From contig NC_068983.1 of the NCBI RefSeq assembly GCF_001194135.2, positions 89,218,849 to 89,282,848 of the forward strand: a stretch of DNA of 64,000 bases. The letters are read 5' to 3'. This DNA comes from Octopus bimaculoides (taxonomy: Eukaryota). The translations under genes were made by a program, and so were the position numbers. Of the stretch, positions 26,201 to 38,400 are shown piece by piece. The stretch's first letter is position 1, and the number at the start of each line of letters is the position of its first letter. The notes under the pieces are model-generated. The model had not been told where the DNA came from. It saw nothing but the letters and a program-made list of their open reading frames with translations, and ran no database searches.

Positions 26201-28939
26201 TAGGGCTCGAAACTGGTTTTATAAAACCGGTTAAAACCGGTTTTATATTATGATCAGTAAAACCGAAACGGATTTGCCAAAACCGATTTTAATGCTTGTT
26301 GTTTCTTTTTTTTTTTTTTTCNNNNNNNNNNNNNNNNNNNNNNNNNNNNNNNNNNNNNNNNNTTGTTTTTTTTTTTTTTTTTTTCGCAAAACATTTCTTC
26401 ATTTTTTTCTTTTGAAGAAATATCTTTGAAACTGATATCTTTGAAACTGAACTAACTGTACTGTGGTCGGTCGCCTTTAGTTGTGAGTGCTGTCTGTTTC
26501 ATTGAAACATATCAGTTCTCACCTTCTCTCCCCTTGAACCTTAGATCAGCACCTTGTCATTTCCTTCGCTAACCCCTGGCTGACTCCTTGAATTTGGAGG
26601 TAACCGACTTTATTCAGAGCAAGTCAAGGGGATGCTGTTAGTCTTCAGTCAGATGATCTTTCCCGTTGAGCATATGCAATAACCAGTTCTAGATTCATTT
26701 CAAGGAAGTAACACTAACTAATTTTTTTCTTAATTATTTTCATTAGCCCTAACATGATAAAAAGAAAATTAACTGTTTGGAATTTTTTTGATTGGAAAAA
26801 CAAAGATGAAGCTCAATGCAACAAGTGTGATAAGATCATGAAGTCTTCTGGAGGATCTGCTACGTCTCTGTTCTTGCACTTGAAGAAAATACATCAAATC
26901 GATATAAATCAAGATGCCAACCAGCCTCCTGTGAAAATGACAAGAACAATGGAACACTTTTTAACAAAGAAATCAATGGAAGAAGAAGTTTCAAAGTTAG
27001 CTGATATGGATGGATTCTCTTTCAATTCAATCACCAAAAGCGATTTTATACAGAGAAATCCTCATAATTAGAGAGGCAAATATGATAAATTACAACCAAC
27101 ATCTGCAAACGGAGTCAGGAATATGGTAATGAATTATTACATAACCATGAAAGAAGAACTTATTCATTATTTTGAAAAAGAAGTAGCGCTGGAGATTCGC
27201 TACTCATTGACATTGGATGAATACACATCAATTCAAAATAAACAATATATGAACATAAATGTTCATGGGAAAGACAATTGTTGGTCGTTGGGTCTTATTG
27301 AGATCCATGGCTCCCTTAATAGCAGGAGAACGGAGCAATTTGTGAGAGGACATTTTCGTGAATTTGGATTGGATTTGGATATACACATTGTAGGCTGTAC
27401 GATGGATGATGCTTCTATGATGGTGAAATTCGGAAAAGAAATAAGACCTGATCACCAACAATGTCTCACACATTGCATACATCTGTATGTGATCGACATT
27501 CTCTATCAAAAAATATTGCCTCAACCGATGAGACTGATAAAAAAAGTGAAGAGATCGCTATAACAGACGATAGTGATGATGAAGCTGACATAAGCCAACA
27601 GGACATACTTTTTCAAACAGATTTGGCTCACGAAAATGCTTGTTTCCCCAGCTAAAACTTGAATTTAACGAAGTTTTAAATAAGGCAAGAAAAATTTCAA
27701 AACTTTTCCGTAAATCTCCTACAAAAAATGAAATTTTGCAAGATTTTGTACGAGCGAACTTTGACAACAGAGAATATAAACTTATACTGGATTGCAGAAT
27801 TAGGTGGAATAGTACATTCCATATGATTGAGATTTTTTTAAATTGAAAAGCTGCATTCCTAATGTTCTACGAGCAGTACTTTCCACAGATGCCGTAGCTG
27901 ATGAAGAATGGAAATCTCTCGATTTACTATATGAAATTCTGCATCCAGTAGAAATTATTTTGAAGGCTATTTGCACTGATGATATGGATTTACTGAAAGC
28001 GGAATATTCTATAGAATTTTTATTGAATAAACTTAATATCGTCGGCAACCCTTAGGCTTTAAATCTGCGTGAAAGACTTATGCATAGATATAATAAAAGA
28101 AGAAATGTTGAAACTTTGACTCTCTTGAGGTATTTACATAACCCAAGGAAGTTTAAAGGTGAATCAATTTCTGGACCTTTTTCTTTTTTTAAGGAAACAA
28201 CATTTAAGGAAGTATGCTGAACAAACATATAGGAGATTATTTCCTAAACATGACGCTGAGAACACAACAGAATTATACAAAGAAAATGAAATAGGAGGAA
28301 ACCTAAAACAAGTGTTACTGTTGTCCCATCTACTTACGAAGGTAATGAACTCATGCGTGAATACACAAGCGCAATGAAGAAAATGAACAAAGAGCCCAAG
28401 ATAATAGCAGATGGATTTGAAATCTCTGAAGAATTCGAATATTTTGAAGCCACTTCGAACAGAAGTGAAAAGCTTGAGAAACTTTATAGAGCATTGCTTA
28501 CAACTAAAGCAACTAGTGTCCAGTTGGAAAGAGCTTTTTCAATTACTGGACTTTTCAACACAAAAATTAGGACAAGTTTGTCAGGTAAAACACTGAATGC
28601 ATTGTGTTTTTTAAAAGATTATTTTCGAAGGAAAGTGAATCATCAAGCAAGTCAAGAAACTTGATTGATTCTCAAAAATACGACTTGGAAAAACGTTGCA
28701 TTCCTGATTAAATAAATATACTATTATTTTTTGTTGTTATTTGTACATAGATACAGATACAGGCACCACCAACATATTTGTGGATATCAATCAAACTGTT
28801 ACTTTCTCTCTTTCTCTGTGTACGTATATAAATAAAATACAATGTATGACAAACTTCTTCGTTACAGGGACACTGCTCTAAATCCGCGAAAACCGGTTTT
28901 TAACCTGTTTTGAGAATTATCAGTTTTTTTCGAGCCCTA
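26201..28939 (+). mobile_element. hAT-superfamily DNA transposon with intact ends
   Basis: 12-bp TIR tagggctcgaaa / tttcgagcccta; perfect 8-bp TSD gttgaaat (26193-26200 and 28940-28947); subterminal aaaccg(g) repeats. Confidence 0.95.
26754..28664 (+). pseudogene. hAT transposase pseudogene (BED finger, DDE core, hATC dimerisation domain)
   Basis: VWNFF...AQCNKC...LFLHLKKIH (BED); SLTLDEYTS; CLTHCIHL; RWNSTFHMI; ATSVQLERAFS...RTSLS...L.ALCFLK. Split over at least 5 frames by stops and frameshifts. Confidence 0.92.
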
Positions 28940-28967
28940 GTTGAAATGTATTGAAAGATACAGAAAT

Positions 28968-29210
28968 AATTTTTTTTTATTCTCAAACGCGTGTAATGCT
29001 AATAAATAGCGTGATCATGATAAATCATCCATACATTGCAGAAAAATATGTTACCGGCCAGCCATGAGACTCGAACTTGACGCGTAATCACAGGGATGTG
29101 AGTTCGAGTCTCATGGCTGGCCGGTAACGTATTTTTCTGCAATGTATGGACAATTTATCCTGATCATGCTATTTATTAGCATTATCACGTGTTTGATAAT
29201 AAAAAAAATT
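28968..29210. repeat. ~243-bp palindrome (about 110-bp arms, 23-nt loop) with a tRNA-like 3' half at its centre
   Basis: Arms 28968-29077 and 29101-29210 are reverse complements; the inner 50 bp have a single mismatch. T-arm gtgag-ttcgagt-ctcat. Confidence 0.9.
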
Positions 29211-29265
29211 TATATATATATATATATATATAGGAATAACAACAATAAAACTTGGATCCAATTTA

Positions 29266-29875
29266 TGCGTGTTTCCACAGATCACATGTCTCTTAAGATC
29301 ACAGTCCATATTCCTGGAATGATTACAGTGTAGTCCATAGTATCTGTGGGCATCAAGTAGATCATCTTCATGGATTCATTTCTTCAGGCGATATAACATT
29401 AATAGATGTTTAACTGAGGGCTGTTTATCTCTTTTGACTATGACAAGGTTGATTGAGGGCTGGTCAAAAGGGCTAAATAACCCTCAATTAGAAAATTACT
29501 ATTTTTAAATCTCACAACAAGAGATATTCAGCAACAGTACTTTGGAGTAAAGATTATTTGCCAACATAACATGGCAGTTCTGGTTTAGGACGAATGGAGG
29601 TGCTAGATTCCCTTGTCGTATAGCCAGCTGGAGACGATGTCTCCTGGGGCTAAATTACAGCAACATTCATCCTAAACTAGGACTGCCATGTTATGTTGGC
29701 AAACAATCTTTATTCCAACCTTTAGTTAAACATCCATTAATGTCATATCACCTATAGAAATGAATTGCCGGTAGAAATGATCTACCTGATGCCCACAGAT
29801 ACTACAGACTACATTGTAATCATCCCAGGATGCAGACTGTGATCTTAAGAGACATGTGATTTGTGGAAACACGCA
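29266..29875. mobile_element. 610-bp MITE-like element with ~100-bp terminal inverted repeats and internal hairpins
   Basis: tgcgtgtttccacagatcacatgtctcttaagatcacagtc...gtagatcat (29266-~29366) is the reverse complement of ~29777-29875; no clear TSD. Confidence 0.7.
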
Positions 29876-30223
29876 CAGCAATGCATTAAATGTTTATAAA
29901 TCCCATCCAAGGATTACTGTTATTATTACTATATTTATCCTGCATTATATCAGTACAGCTCAAGGCAACCCCAAAAAACTAGTTCACCAGTCAGCATCAT
30001 TAGACTGTGGCTGGCATAATAGAACAGGAGCTTTATTTGCATATTCAAAACGTTTCCCGTAAACAAATTTAAAAGATATATATAAATTAAAGCATGTATG
30101 TATTTTGTAAGTATGTACATATGTATGCATGTAATGTATCTATGTACACTCGTGTGAGCACACATATTTGACTCTGAGTATGTATATGTGAACATATATG
30201 CATGTGTGTGTGTATGTGTGTGT

Positions 30224-30265
<42 letters not shown>

Positions 30266-30783
30266 ATGAGTCTATGTAAATATGGTGAATGGTAAAAATG
30301 TGTGTATAAATGTGTGCATATGTACATATTTGTATATATAGATGTATATGTATATTGGTGTATTTTGGGATACTGAAAAGTGCCAAATAGTCATCAAGTG
30401 TCATGACCTGAACTACATCCCCAGCAAATTCTTGACAATGTGTGGCAAGCATGACCAAACATCGAAAGGTTTGGCACACTTTATAGTGGCTCTCATTTAA
30501 AAGCTCATATCTTCCTTTATTTATTTATTCTTTACATTGTATTTTTTTGTCAACAACTTCCTGTCTGTATGAACCATGCCACAGGCATTCTTCATTCATC
30601 ATCAATGTATTTGAGACGCAACTACTACCAACATCATCTAGTTGAGCTTATGAGCGAAATGTCACTTATGTAACTTGGAATCCTGTTATGTCACCTGATG
30701 AGGCATTTCTGCACTGGGTGTGTGTGAGGGAGGGTGCATTGGAATTCAATATACCCTAACCCTAACATGAACCCAATCCCCAC

Positions 30784-30797
30784 CCACTAGGGGGCAG
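30784..30797 (+). promoter_or_regulatory. CTCF-consensus motif CCACTAGGGGGCAG
   Basis: Fits the CCASYAGRKGGCRS consensus exactly in otherwise AT-rich DNA; binding not demonstrated. Confidence 0.35.
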
Positions 30798-31934
30798 TGT
30801 AGAATTATGCCAAAACAATTGCTGTGATAAGTAAAGTATCCAGCATACTGTCTTCCAATATTAATTATTTAGAATATATATATAATGTCTAATTTTAATT
30901 CTTTGAGGTTTCCTTGTAAGGAGGGTGTTGGTTCTAACAAAGAAATGAAGGTCCCATCATTAGAATTTAGATAGGAACAAAATTTTAAGGTTACATCTTG
31001 AATTTCAGAAGAGTCTTGTATGTTTCCACTGTTTTGCATGCAAAGTGAATTTTCAGAATACAAATGAGGTGACTTCATTCTTTGTTTGTTGGATGTATAT
31101 ATGTGTGATTTTTCTTGATTGAAGTTTTAGTGTCTATTTTGACACTAAAATATTGGCAAATATTGTGAAGAGTAAAAAACAGAAAATATTAAAAAAAAAA
31201 AGGACGGGGTCTTGTTCTTTTTGTCATCTATTGTGCAATCATCACATAGTTGATAAACTTTCAGTGCAAGAACATTAGAATAATCAAAATCAGAGATACA
31301 GATTCTACTGATGCCTTGACCACTTCTGGACTATGAAGAAGCTTCAGAGTTGTTTTGATAGTATGCACACAAAGCTTTGCATGAGGTTTAAAACATCTCA
31401 TAGTGTGAGCATAAAACCAAAGAGATTTAGGAACACATTTCACCCATCTTTACCACTATTGCTAAATGCTGGGTAGACTTTGCTGGTCACTGCTATTGTG
31501 CTGAACACCAGGCCATATCAGATGTTATATTGTGGAGACTTCCAAACTCTATTAGAGAATAAAAACAACTCAGCTCTATTGATGTTATTGGAAAATAAAT
31601 AACATGAATTTGAGAACCTATCAAAGTTAATGAGAGAGAGAAAGAGAGATTACTGGTGTGATATATTGAAACATATCTCATTTGCAACCATTTGAAGAAG
31701 ACAAATTTAAGCTTATAGTTGCAGTGTAGTACCTGTACTTCACTGTAAACTATAAGCTTAAATTTCACTTCAGCCTAGCAAAGATGCTTTCTTTGATCTT
31801 TAAAATTATATTAATATTATAACAACTGATTTTTACTATTTTGTGAATTTTCTTTTCTCTGTCCCTGATCATTTTGTCTCTTTTCTCTGTCCCAGGTCAC
31901 CTATGTCTTGACAGGAGCATTGAATAAGTCCTCT

Positions 31935-31976
<42 letters not shown>

Positions 31977-32751
31977 CACATGCATATGCTTGCATTCATG
32001 CATGAGTGCATATGTTTATTTGTAACTTACGTTTACATAATTCAAACCAGTCACTAATAGAATGACACAGTTTTATTGTTTGAGTTAAAAGAGTGTAAGG
32101 GGTGTACATTTCTCTATAGTGCATGAGCATGTGTAAAGCACAAATGTGATTGTGTGTATATGTTCACAGCAAGCCAATTGGCATTGATCTATTTTGGAAG
32201 AACCCAGCATTTCCATTCTTTTGTGCAAATTTGTTGCAATCAAGCTCAGTGCAACTATGATGGTGCAAATGAGAATTCTGCATTAGTTCACTGCAGATAT
32301 TCTATTGTACCACAACTTTAGATGAGATATTCGCATTCAATGAATGTAGCTTGCTGGCACAACTACTTCACAGAAATGTGAGTAGTTGGATAGTTTATAT
32401 CCTAGTAGCTCTTCATCTTCTTCATGTAATCAAATAAGGGATTTCCCAAACAATTTTGTAGAATTGATATAGATTGTAGAGTCCACTGGACTTTCTAATG
32501 ATAGACCTGCAGCCTGCTGATTCCAATTTCCTATCTTACTGCAGCATATAAAATAGTAATCCATGTGCAAAAAAATTTAATTTCACTACATGATTACTAC
32601 AATGATTTTTTATAAAATGGTATTTCTTTGCACTTATCCAAAGAAGATAAACTTTATTTTACTAGGCTTCTATCACTGGTAGAAGTTTTAAAGTATAAGA
32701 TTCAAAATATGAAAGAATGAATATTCTCTTATGCCAATATGAGTTCAAAGT

Positions 32752-32805
32752 CATGTATGTATGTATGTATGTATGTATGTATGTATGTATGTATGTATGT
32801 ATGTA

Positions 32806-32838
<33 letters not shown>

Positions 32839-32880
32839 ATGTATGTATGTATGCATGCATGTATGTATGCATGTATAAGT
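32752..32880. repeat. (TATG)n/(TG)n compound microsatellite
   Basis: Direct reading. Similar simple repeats at 7843-7922, 8467-8552, 8866-8960, 9325-9460, 10135-10197, 26075-26157, 30200-30260. Confidence 0.95.
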
Positions 32881-33712
32881 GTCTGTATGTATGCCTACCT
32901 GCATGCATGCATACATATATGTAATGTAATGTATGTTGTGAGGAAGTCTGTTGCATGTGTAAAGAGTAGCATAGGCGTATAATGTAAAAAGTTTGCAGAA
33001 TGTAGGTGAAAACTTATTTCATAAATAAATGTGAAAATGTGTTTGTATGTAAGTGTATGTATATATGCTTGTGTATATAATTGCATTTGTATTCCCTTTG
33101 CAGCTTTAGCAACTCTGGACTAAAATTAAAAAACAAATTAATAAAAGACACACACTTCAACATGTATATTAACACACACACACACACACGCACTGGGGTC
33201 GGTATAATCGACTTAATCCGTTTGTCTGTCCTTGTTTGTCCCCTCTGTGTGTAGCCCCTTGTGGGTAGTAAAGAAATAACACATACACACACACACACAC
33301 ACACATTTATACCATTTTCACATACATGAAAAGCAGGCATATACATGCACACACATGCACAAACACATACATATTCACATAGATGTATATATACACACAT
33401 ACACAAGCATGAAATGAAAGAAAAAGGAATAATGTTTCAGGTAGTGAAAATAGATAAAGAATAACCTACTCTCCACTCCCACCCCTGCCCCAGGGTAGAT
33501 CTCAGTGGACTTGGTGGTTCTTAAAATAAATATCTTGCTTGTACATTCTTTGGCAGTGTAAAGAGGATAAAAAGAGTGAGAGACAACAAAAGCAATAATA
33601 ACAACTACAACTACAGACAAATAATTAGCTAGGCAAAACTTTTAATTAAAAGTTGAAGACAATAAGTGAAATGTGTGCGTGTGTGTGTGTTTATGTGAGT
33701 GAGAGAGTGTAC

Positions 33713-33827
33713 CTTGATATAGAGACATGTTGAAAATGTAAAGGAGAAGAAGAATATAAATAACAAAAAGACAACAGCAACAAGAAAAATACAAGAAAAA
33801 CAACAAGAAAACAGCAAAAAAGGCCAT
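33713..33827 (-). CDS. Candidate first coding exon (signal peptide) of CSPG4: MAFFAVFLLFFLYFSCCCCLFVIYILLLLYIFNMSLYQ
   Basis: ATG at 33827 with an in-frame upstream stop; 38 mostly hydrophobic codons plus 1 nt, then AAG|GTACAC donor in phase 1, matching the phase-1 acceptor at 24374. Total CDS would be 7431 nt (divisible by 3). Weak points: T-rich DNA yields hydrophobic ORFs by chance, weak Kozak context, non-classical cleavage site. Confidence 0.3.
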
Positions 33828-34199
33828 AAAACACCAACATTAAGAAAACAGCAACAACAGGGAAGCAACATATTAGAATATATGGAACAATTGAATGGCC
33901 ATAACCAATATCCCACCTCTCAAAAAGAGAAGGAAGATTAAAATATTTTTTCAATGTTGCATCAATACTTTTTTGGAATGTTCTTTTCAAAAATAAAACT
34001 AAGTATTCTATTATGATGAGAAAGTAGCGGAGGTGGAGGAGGAGGGCTGTCAAATTAAACAACAGTATATTGTACACAACCCAACATTGCCTACAATAGT
34101 AATAACAACAAGAATCTGCCTATCTCTGCTATGATCACTCCCAGAATCTTTGATAATACCAGGGCAGATTGGACAAGAATGAAGACATCCCATACATTG

Positions 34200-34208
34200 A
34201 CTTCCGGT
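34200..34208 (-). promoter_or_regulatory. ETS-type motif ACCGGAAGT, possible promoter element upstream of candidate CSPG4 exon 1
   Basis: Exact class-I ETS core with a CpG, ~370 bp upstream of the candidate ATG; a single short motif can occur by chance. Confidence 0.25.
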
Positions 34209-34408
34209 TTGATCTTGTAAGTAGTTTAAACACTGTGTTGCAGTTTGAAACAAGGTACTTAATTCTGCCTATTCCAGTTTGCTTGAGTGACCAAAAGAAA
34301 TAAAAGTACTACTCCTACTTTGTGGTAAAAAAAGACATTCTGTTTTCAAAAGAAACTGCTCCAATAACAATAAAAAAAAGTCTCACCCATATAAGCAGGG
34401 AAAAGATA

Positions 34409-35275
34409 CAAGGTGGTATCCAAAGGTTCCCAGACTAGTTATGTTTAATAATGTTTATTTACCTAAGTTTTAACATCATCTCCTTCGAAATAGTCACCTT
34501 GCACAGCAATACACTAGTCCCAGTTTTCCTGCCACTTTTGGAATCTGGCCTGGAAGTTGTTTTCCATAAACAAGTCGAAGACCTTCTGTGATTCACTCTT
34601 GATCTCGACAGTGGTGCTAAAACAGCAACCTTTGAGCAGATTTACATCTTGGGGAAGAGATGGAAATCTTCAGGTGCTAAATCAGGTGAATAGAGTGCGT
34701 GCAGAAGTGATACCTTGTTGTTTTTGGCAAGAAACTCACAAGTGAGGAGAACTCAGTGACAGGGTGCATTGTTGTCATGAACAATCCAATTCTTCATGTT
34801 CCACAGATCTAGTCACTTTTGCTGAGTGTCCTTCCTCAAATGCTTCAAAATGTCATCAATTGTCCCCTGATGATCCTCATGCAGAAGCGATGAATTTTCT
34901 CCACATTTCCAGGGTGACACCCGTGGCAGGTCTTTGAGATTGCTCATCATCTTCCAACAATGTTCCTCTGCTTTTGATGCACCTGTGCCACTTGAAACAT
35001 TGCATATGACCCATTAACTCATCACCATAAGCTTGCTAAAGCATGCTCAAAATCTCTGTAGCAGACTTTCCAAGTTAAATGCAAAATTTCACATTGGTTC
35101 TTCATTCCAACTTCCAGTTAATGACAAAAATTGCAGACTACAGCATACACAGTGATGTCACTCAACACATTGCCTCATGAAGGTCATTGCTAGCTCTCAC
35201 TGCACACACCACTGTGTGCTGCCATCTGTTGAAATACTACAGAACTAGTCAGGGAAGCTTTTGATACCACATATG
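34409..35275 (-). mobile_element. Internally deleted Tc1/mariner (mariner-type) element
   Basis: Imperfect TIRs gtggtatc(c/a)aa(ag/gc)..ccc.gactagtt at both ends; minus-strand remnants HDNNAPCH, YSPDLAP.DF.LFPK and CIAVQGDYFEGD. Confidence 0.85.
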
Positions 35276-35306
35276 ATAGTAAAAATAAAAACACAAGTAT
35301 GTTTAA

Positions 35307-35496
35307 CCCTTTAGCATTTAAACCAGCCATTGCTGGCCCAAATATTCAACTTGTTTTACATTCAAACTAGCCAGATCCAACCTCTCACACCTACCCTACA
35401 ATGTCATTCTAAAAATAACAATCACATAATCAAAATTTTGAAGCTATGTGAATAAATAAGCATTACATTTGATAGAATACTTTAAATGCTAAAGGG
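35307..35496. mobile_element. 190-bp piggyBac-type MITE
   Basis: TTAA|CCCTTTAGCATTTAAA ... TTTAAATGCTAAAGGG|TTAA: perfect 16-bp TIR starting CCC with a TTAA target duplication. Confidence 0.88.
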
Positions 35497-38400
35497 TTAA
35501 AAATTGACTGAATTGGCATCCAGTATCTTTTAACTAACTCCAGTCCAACATTGTAATGACCAGTGATACTTGATTCAATTGACTTTAATCACCATTATGC
35601 ATACTAGCAGAAAAACTGCCCTCCAGGCATGTTTTCGCTAGTTCCTAAATTATTTTTATGCATTTTTACCTATTTTGTGTAATTTTTCTTTGTTATATCT
35701 AATTTTCCTTTGGATTCTTTTTTTTTGTTTTTTTCATAGAACTCACTTGTTCAGTAAATTTAGTGCATAACTACAGAAATGTGTCCCACTGAATTTGTTT
35801 CCTCATAACTTTCTTAATGAAAGTTTCTACATATACATTTCAGATGGTGTAAATTAGGATTATATTAGAATTTGTGGTGTAAAACTTTTTGAAAGAGAAG
35901 TATCAGACAATTTACATGCCTCAATTTTGTTTCTTCATAGCTTTCAGAAAAATGAGTATTTTTTAGTGAAATTTTTTACAAGGCGGTGCCCCAGCATGGC
36001 TACAGTCAAATGATGGAAACAAGTAAAAGATAAAAGATAACTTTCAGATGGTTTAGATTCTAATTATAAAAGAATTTAATGCAAAAGAAAAAAAAAAAAA
36101 AAGGAACCCTAACTCTAATGTTGCAAAAGAAAAAAAAAAAATTCAACCTATGTGATCCTTGCAATTTCTGGCGTACTAAACAGCCATGAAGAGGATGAAC
36201 TACCATCAAATTTGTTTAAAAGTGTCTGATTAAGATTGCAATAAAATAATGAAAGAAATATGTATGCTATAATTTGTACTAGCATTGTACTGCCCTTTCT
36301 ACAAAGACTTCTTTCAGAGAATTTTCAGAAAAGGGTGGAATAGTCTTCAAAAGTAATTTTTTTTCAACACAACTGTAAAAAAATCATCAAAATGCATGAG
36401 GAAAACAAAACAAAGATGTATGAAATATCCTCTCCCCCATTTTGCTTGAACATTAAATTCCAATACGATCATAATCTACGCCATCTAAAACATAATTGCT
36501 GAAAATTTCATTAAGGAATATCCATTTTCCTGTGAGTTATGAAAAAACAAATTTGGGAGTGGAGGGGTACACTTCTGTAGTTATGCCTAACTGACATAAG
36601 TAAACTAAAGCCAATTTTCTTATTCAACTTCTGTTTCTTCAACAACACCATGTAATTATGAAAGGATACTGAACCAACACAATTTGGCTGACACTAAATT
36701 AAACTGATAAGTTGTAGAAAGTAGCATTGCAGGTGCTAGGGAAACCTTTATATTTTCACAAGTATAAACAGACATAATTTGAAATGTTGTATTGAATAAA
36801 ATTTGTGATTGGAGCGTATACTTAAAACATTCAATAATAAACGAATCTTCAAACCACATTTTGATGAAGATATACTAAAACTGGAATTTAAAAACTATTT
36901 TACAAAGGGTCTAGTCTTTGATAATTGCTTTCTTTTAGTAAAAGTTACATTCCAGCTACTTGCAGCTTTCTCTATTGTAGTATAGATTATTATGCTGAAC
37001 CTCATGAATGGGACCTCAAAGTGTAGAATTTGCCAACTCTAAACTAGATATTTGAAATCTAAGAAGCTCATTGCTGACTACACAAATCAATCTGCCCCAG
37101 CAGCACCACCAATAGCAATGATAATTGGCAGTAATAATAGAAAAAGCAGACCAGCAATGTTCCTATCATGGCATAGTGCTAAATGTAAAATTACTAAACT
37201 TCAGCTAAAGGAACAAATCACATAGTTTAGATTAAAATATTGGAATAATCTACATAAAAATAGTAGAATATTCAAATAAGTTCCCCCATTGGAACTTAAA
37301 ATTTTAATCACCTCATCTATACCACCACACATTACATGAAGCTATTAAACATTTGCAGTTTACTGCATTACATGACATTGAATTACACCAAATTATGGTT
37401 TTAAAATGGTACAATGTTTATAAAAAACATCACCACCATTTCATACTGTGTGTTTTCTGCTTTATGAAGTCAGGTATAGTTTGTACAGTCTGAAATCTCT
37501 CAGAGATATGTCAGCAAGAAATTCAGGGGCTTTGTTTCCTTCTTTCTGTTTTTGAAAGGAAGAGCAGCAATATTCATAACTTTTACAGAACCCTAACAAA
37601 CTGATGTAAGCTGGCTGATTTTTAAACTAAACATCTTGTAGGTTGAAGTTTGAGGGAGGAAGAACAAAGTGAAGTGTTTTATGTGATGCCTTGTTGAGGA
37701 TACACAGTAGAAAGATGAATGGAGTAGACAATTAGTCTGGAGTGGAGAAAGTATACAGCTATTCTAGGGAATCAAAGACTATTGCAGCAGTAATAAAGGA
37801 AGCAGAGTGGAATCAATGTTAAATCTATTGACACACAGAATTGATCTCAGTTGTCATACTAAGTAATGCTAAGCATATTGAGCTAAGATCAACTTTCTTA
37901 AGCCACTCACTTCACCCCATCTTTTCAATAAAGCTTTAAGGAAACTATTAAATATGTAAACAGCAGGAGTACTACAGTGAATTTAGTGAAAATGTGTTTC
38001 CTGAGATTGGTTCAATCACAAAATAAGAAAACTAATTTCATGCATGTGAACTACCAAAAACAATAAGAACAACATTAAAAGCATGATAATAGCTAACAGC
38101 GACCACCCTCCAGGTAGTTTTCTACTAGCCACTTGATATTTTCATATTTGATTCCCAATTCTAATAATTTTTATGATATTTTACATCTAATGATTTCTTT
38201 GTATAATAGTGCCCACTTGCTTAGTAAATATTGCTTTCATTATTCTATCACAGTCATAATCTCTCTTTATTAAACAAACATCAAGGTAGTCCAACTACAT
38301 TTAGTGTGCAAAAAAATAGCAGTGATAACAGAGATATTTTAATACCTATAGCATATCAAATAGCCATAGCAACAAATTCACTTGATAATTCTTAGATAAC

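Noticed and set aside
29076-29122. Functional tRNA-Thr(CGT) gene
   Set aside because: No D-arm or 5' half, G at position 33, and only 3 bp of anticodon stem remain.
30754-30766. Telomere-like (CCCTAA)2
   Set aside because: Only two units; common inside repeats.
33629-34077. Longer overlapping hydrophobic ORFs 33629-33916 and 33691-34077
   Set aside because: They reach the 33712 donor in phase 0 and phase 2, incompatible with the phase-1 acceptor; low-complexity T-rich sequence.
37060-37175. Hydrophobic minus-strand ORF (MIGTLLVCFF... / ...IAGLLFLLLLPIIIAIGGAAGA) as the CSPG4 signal exon
   Set aside because: One frame lacks an ATG; the other lacks a credible phase-1 GT donor before its stop.
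37841-37891. Possible pre-miRNA hairpin (ttgatctcagtt / agctaagatcaa)
   Set aside because: Only a ~12-bp imperfect stem with a large loop; expected by chance.
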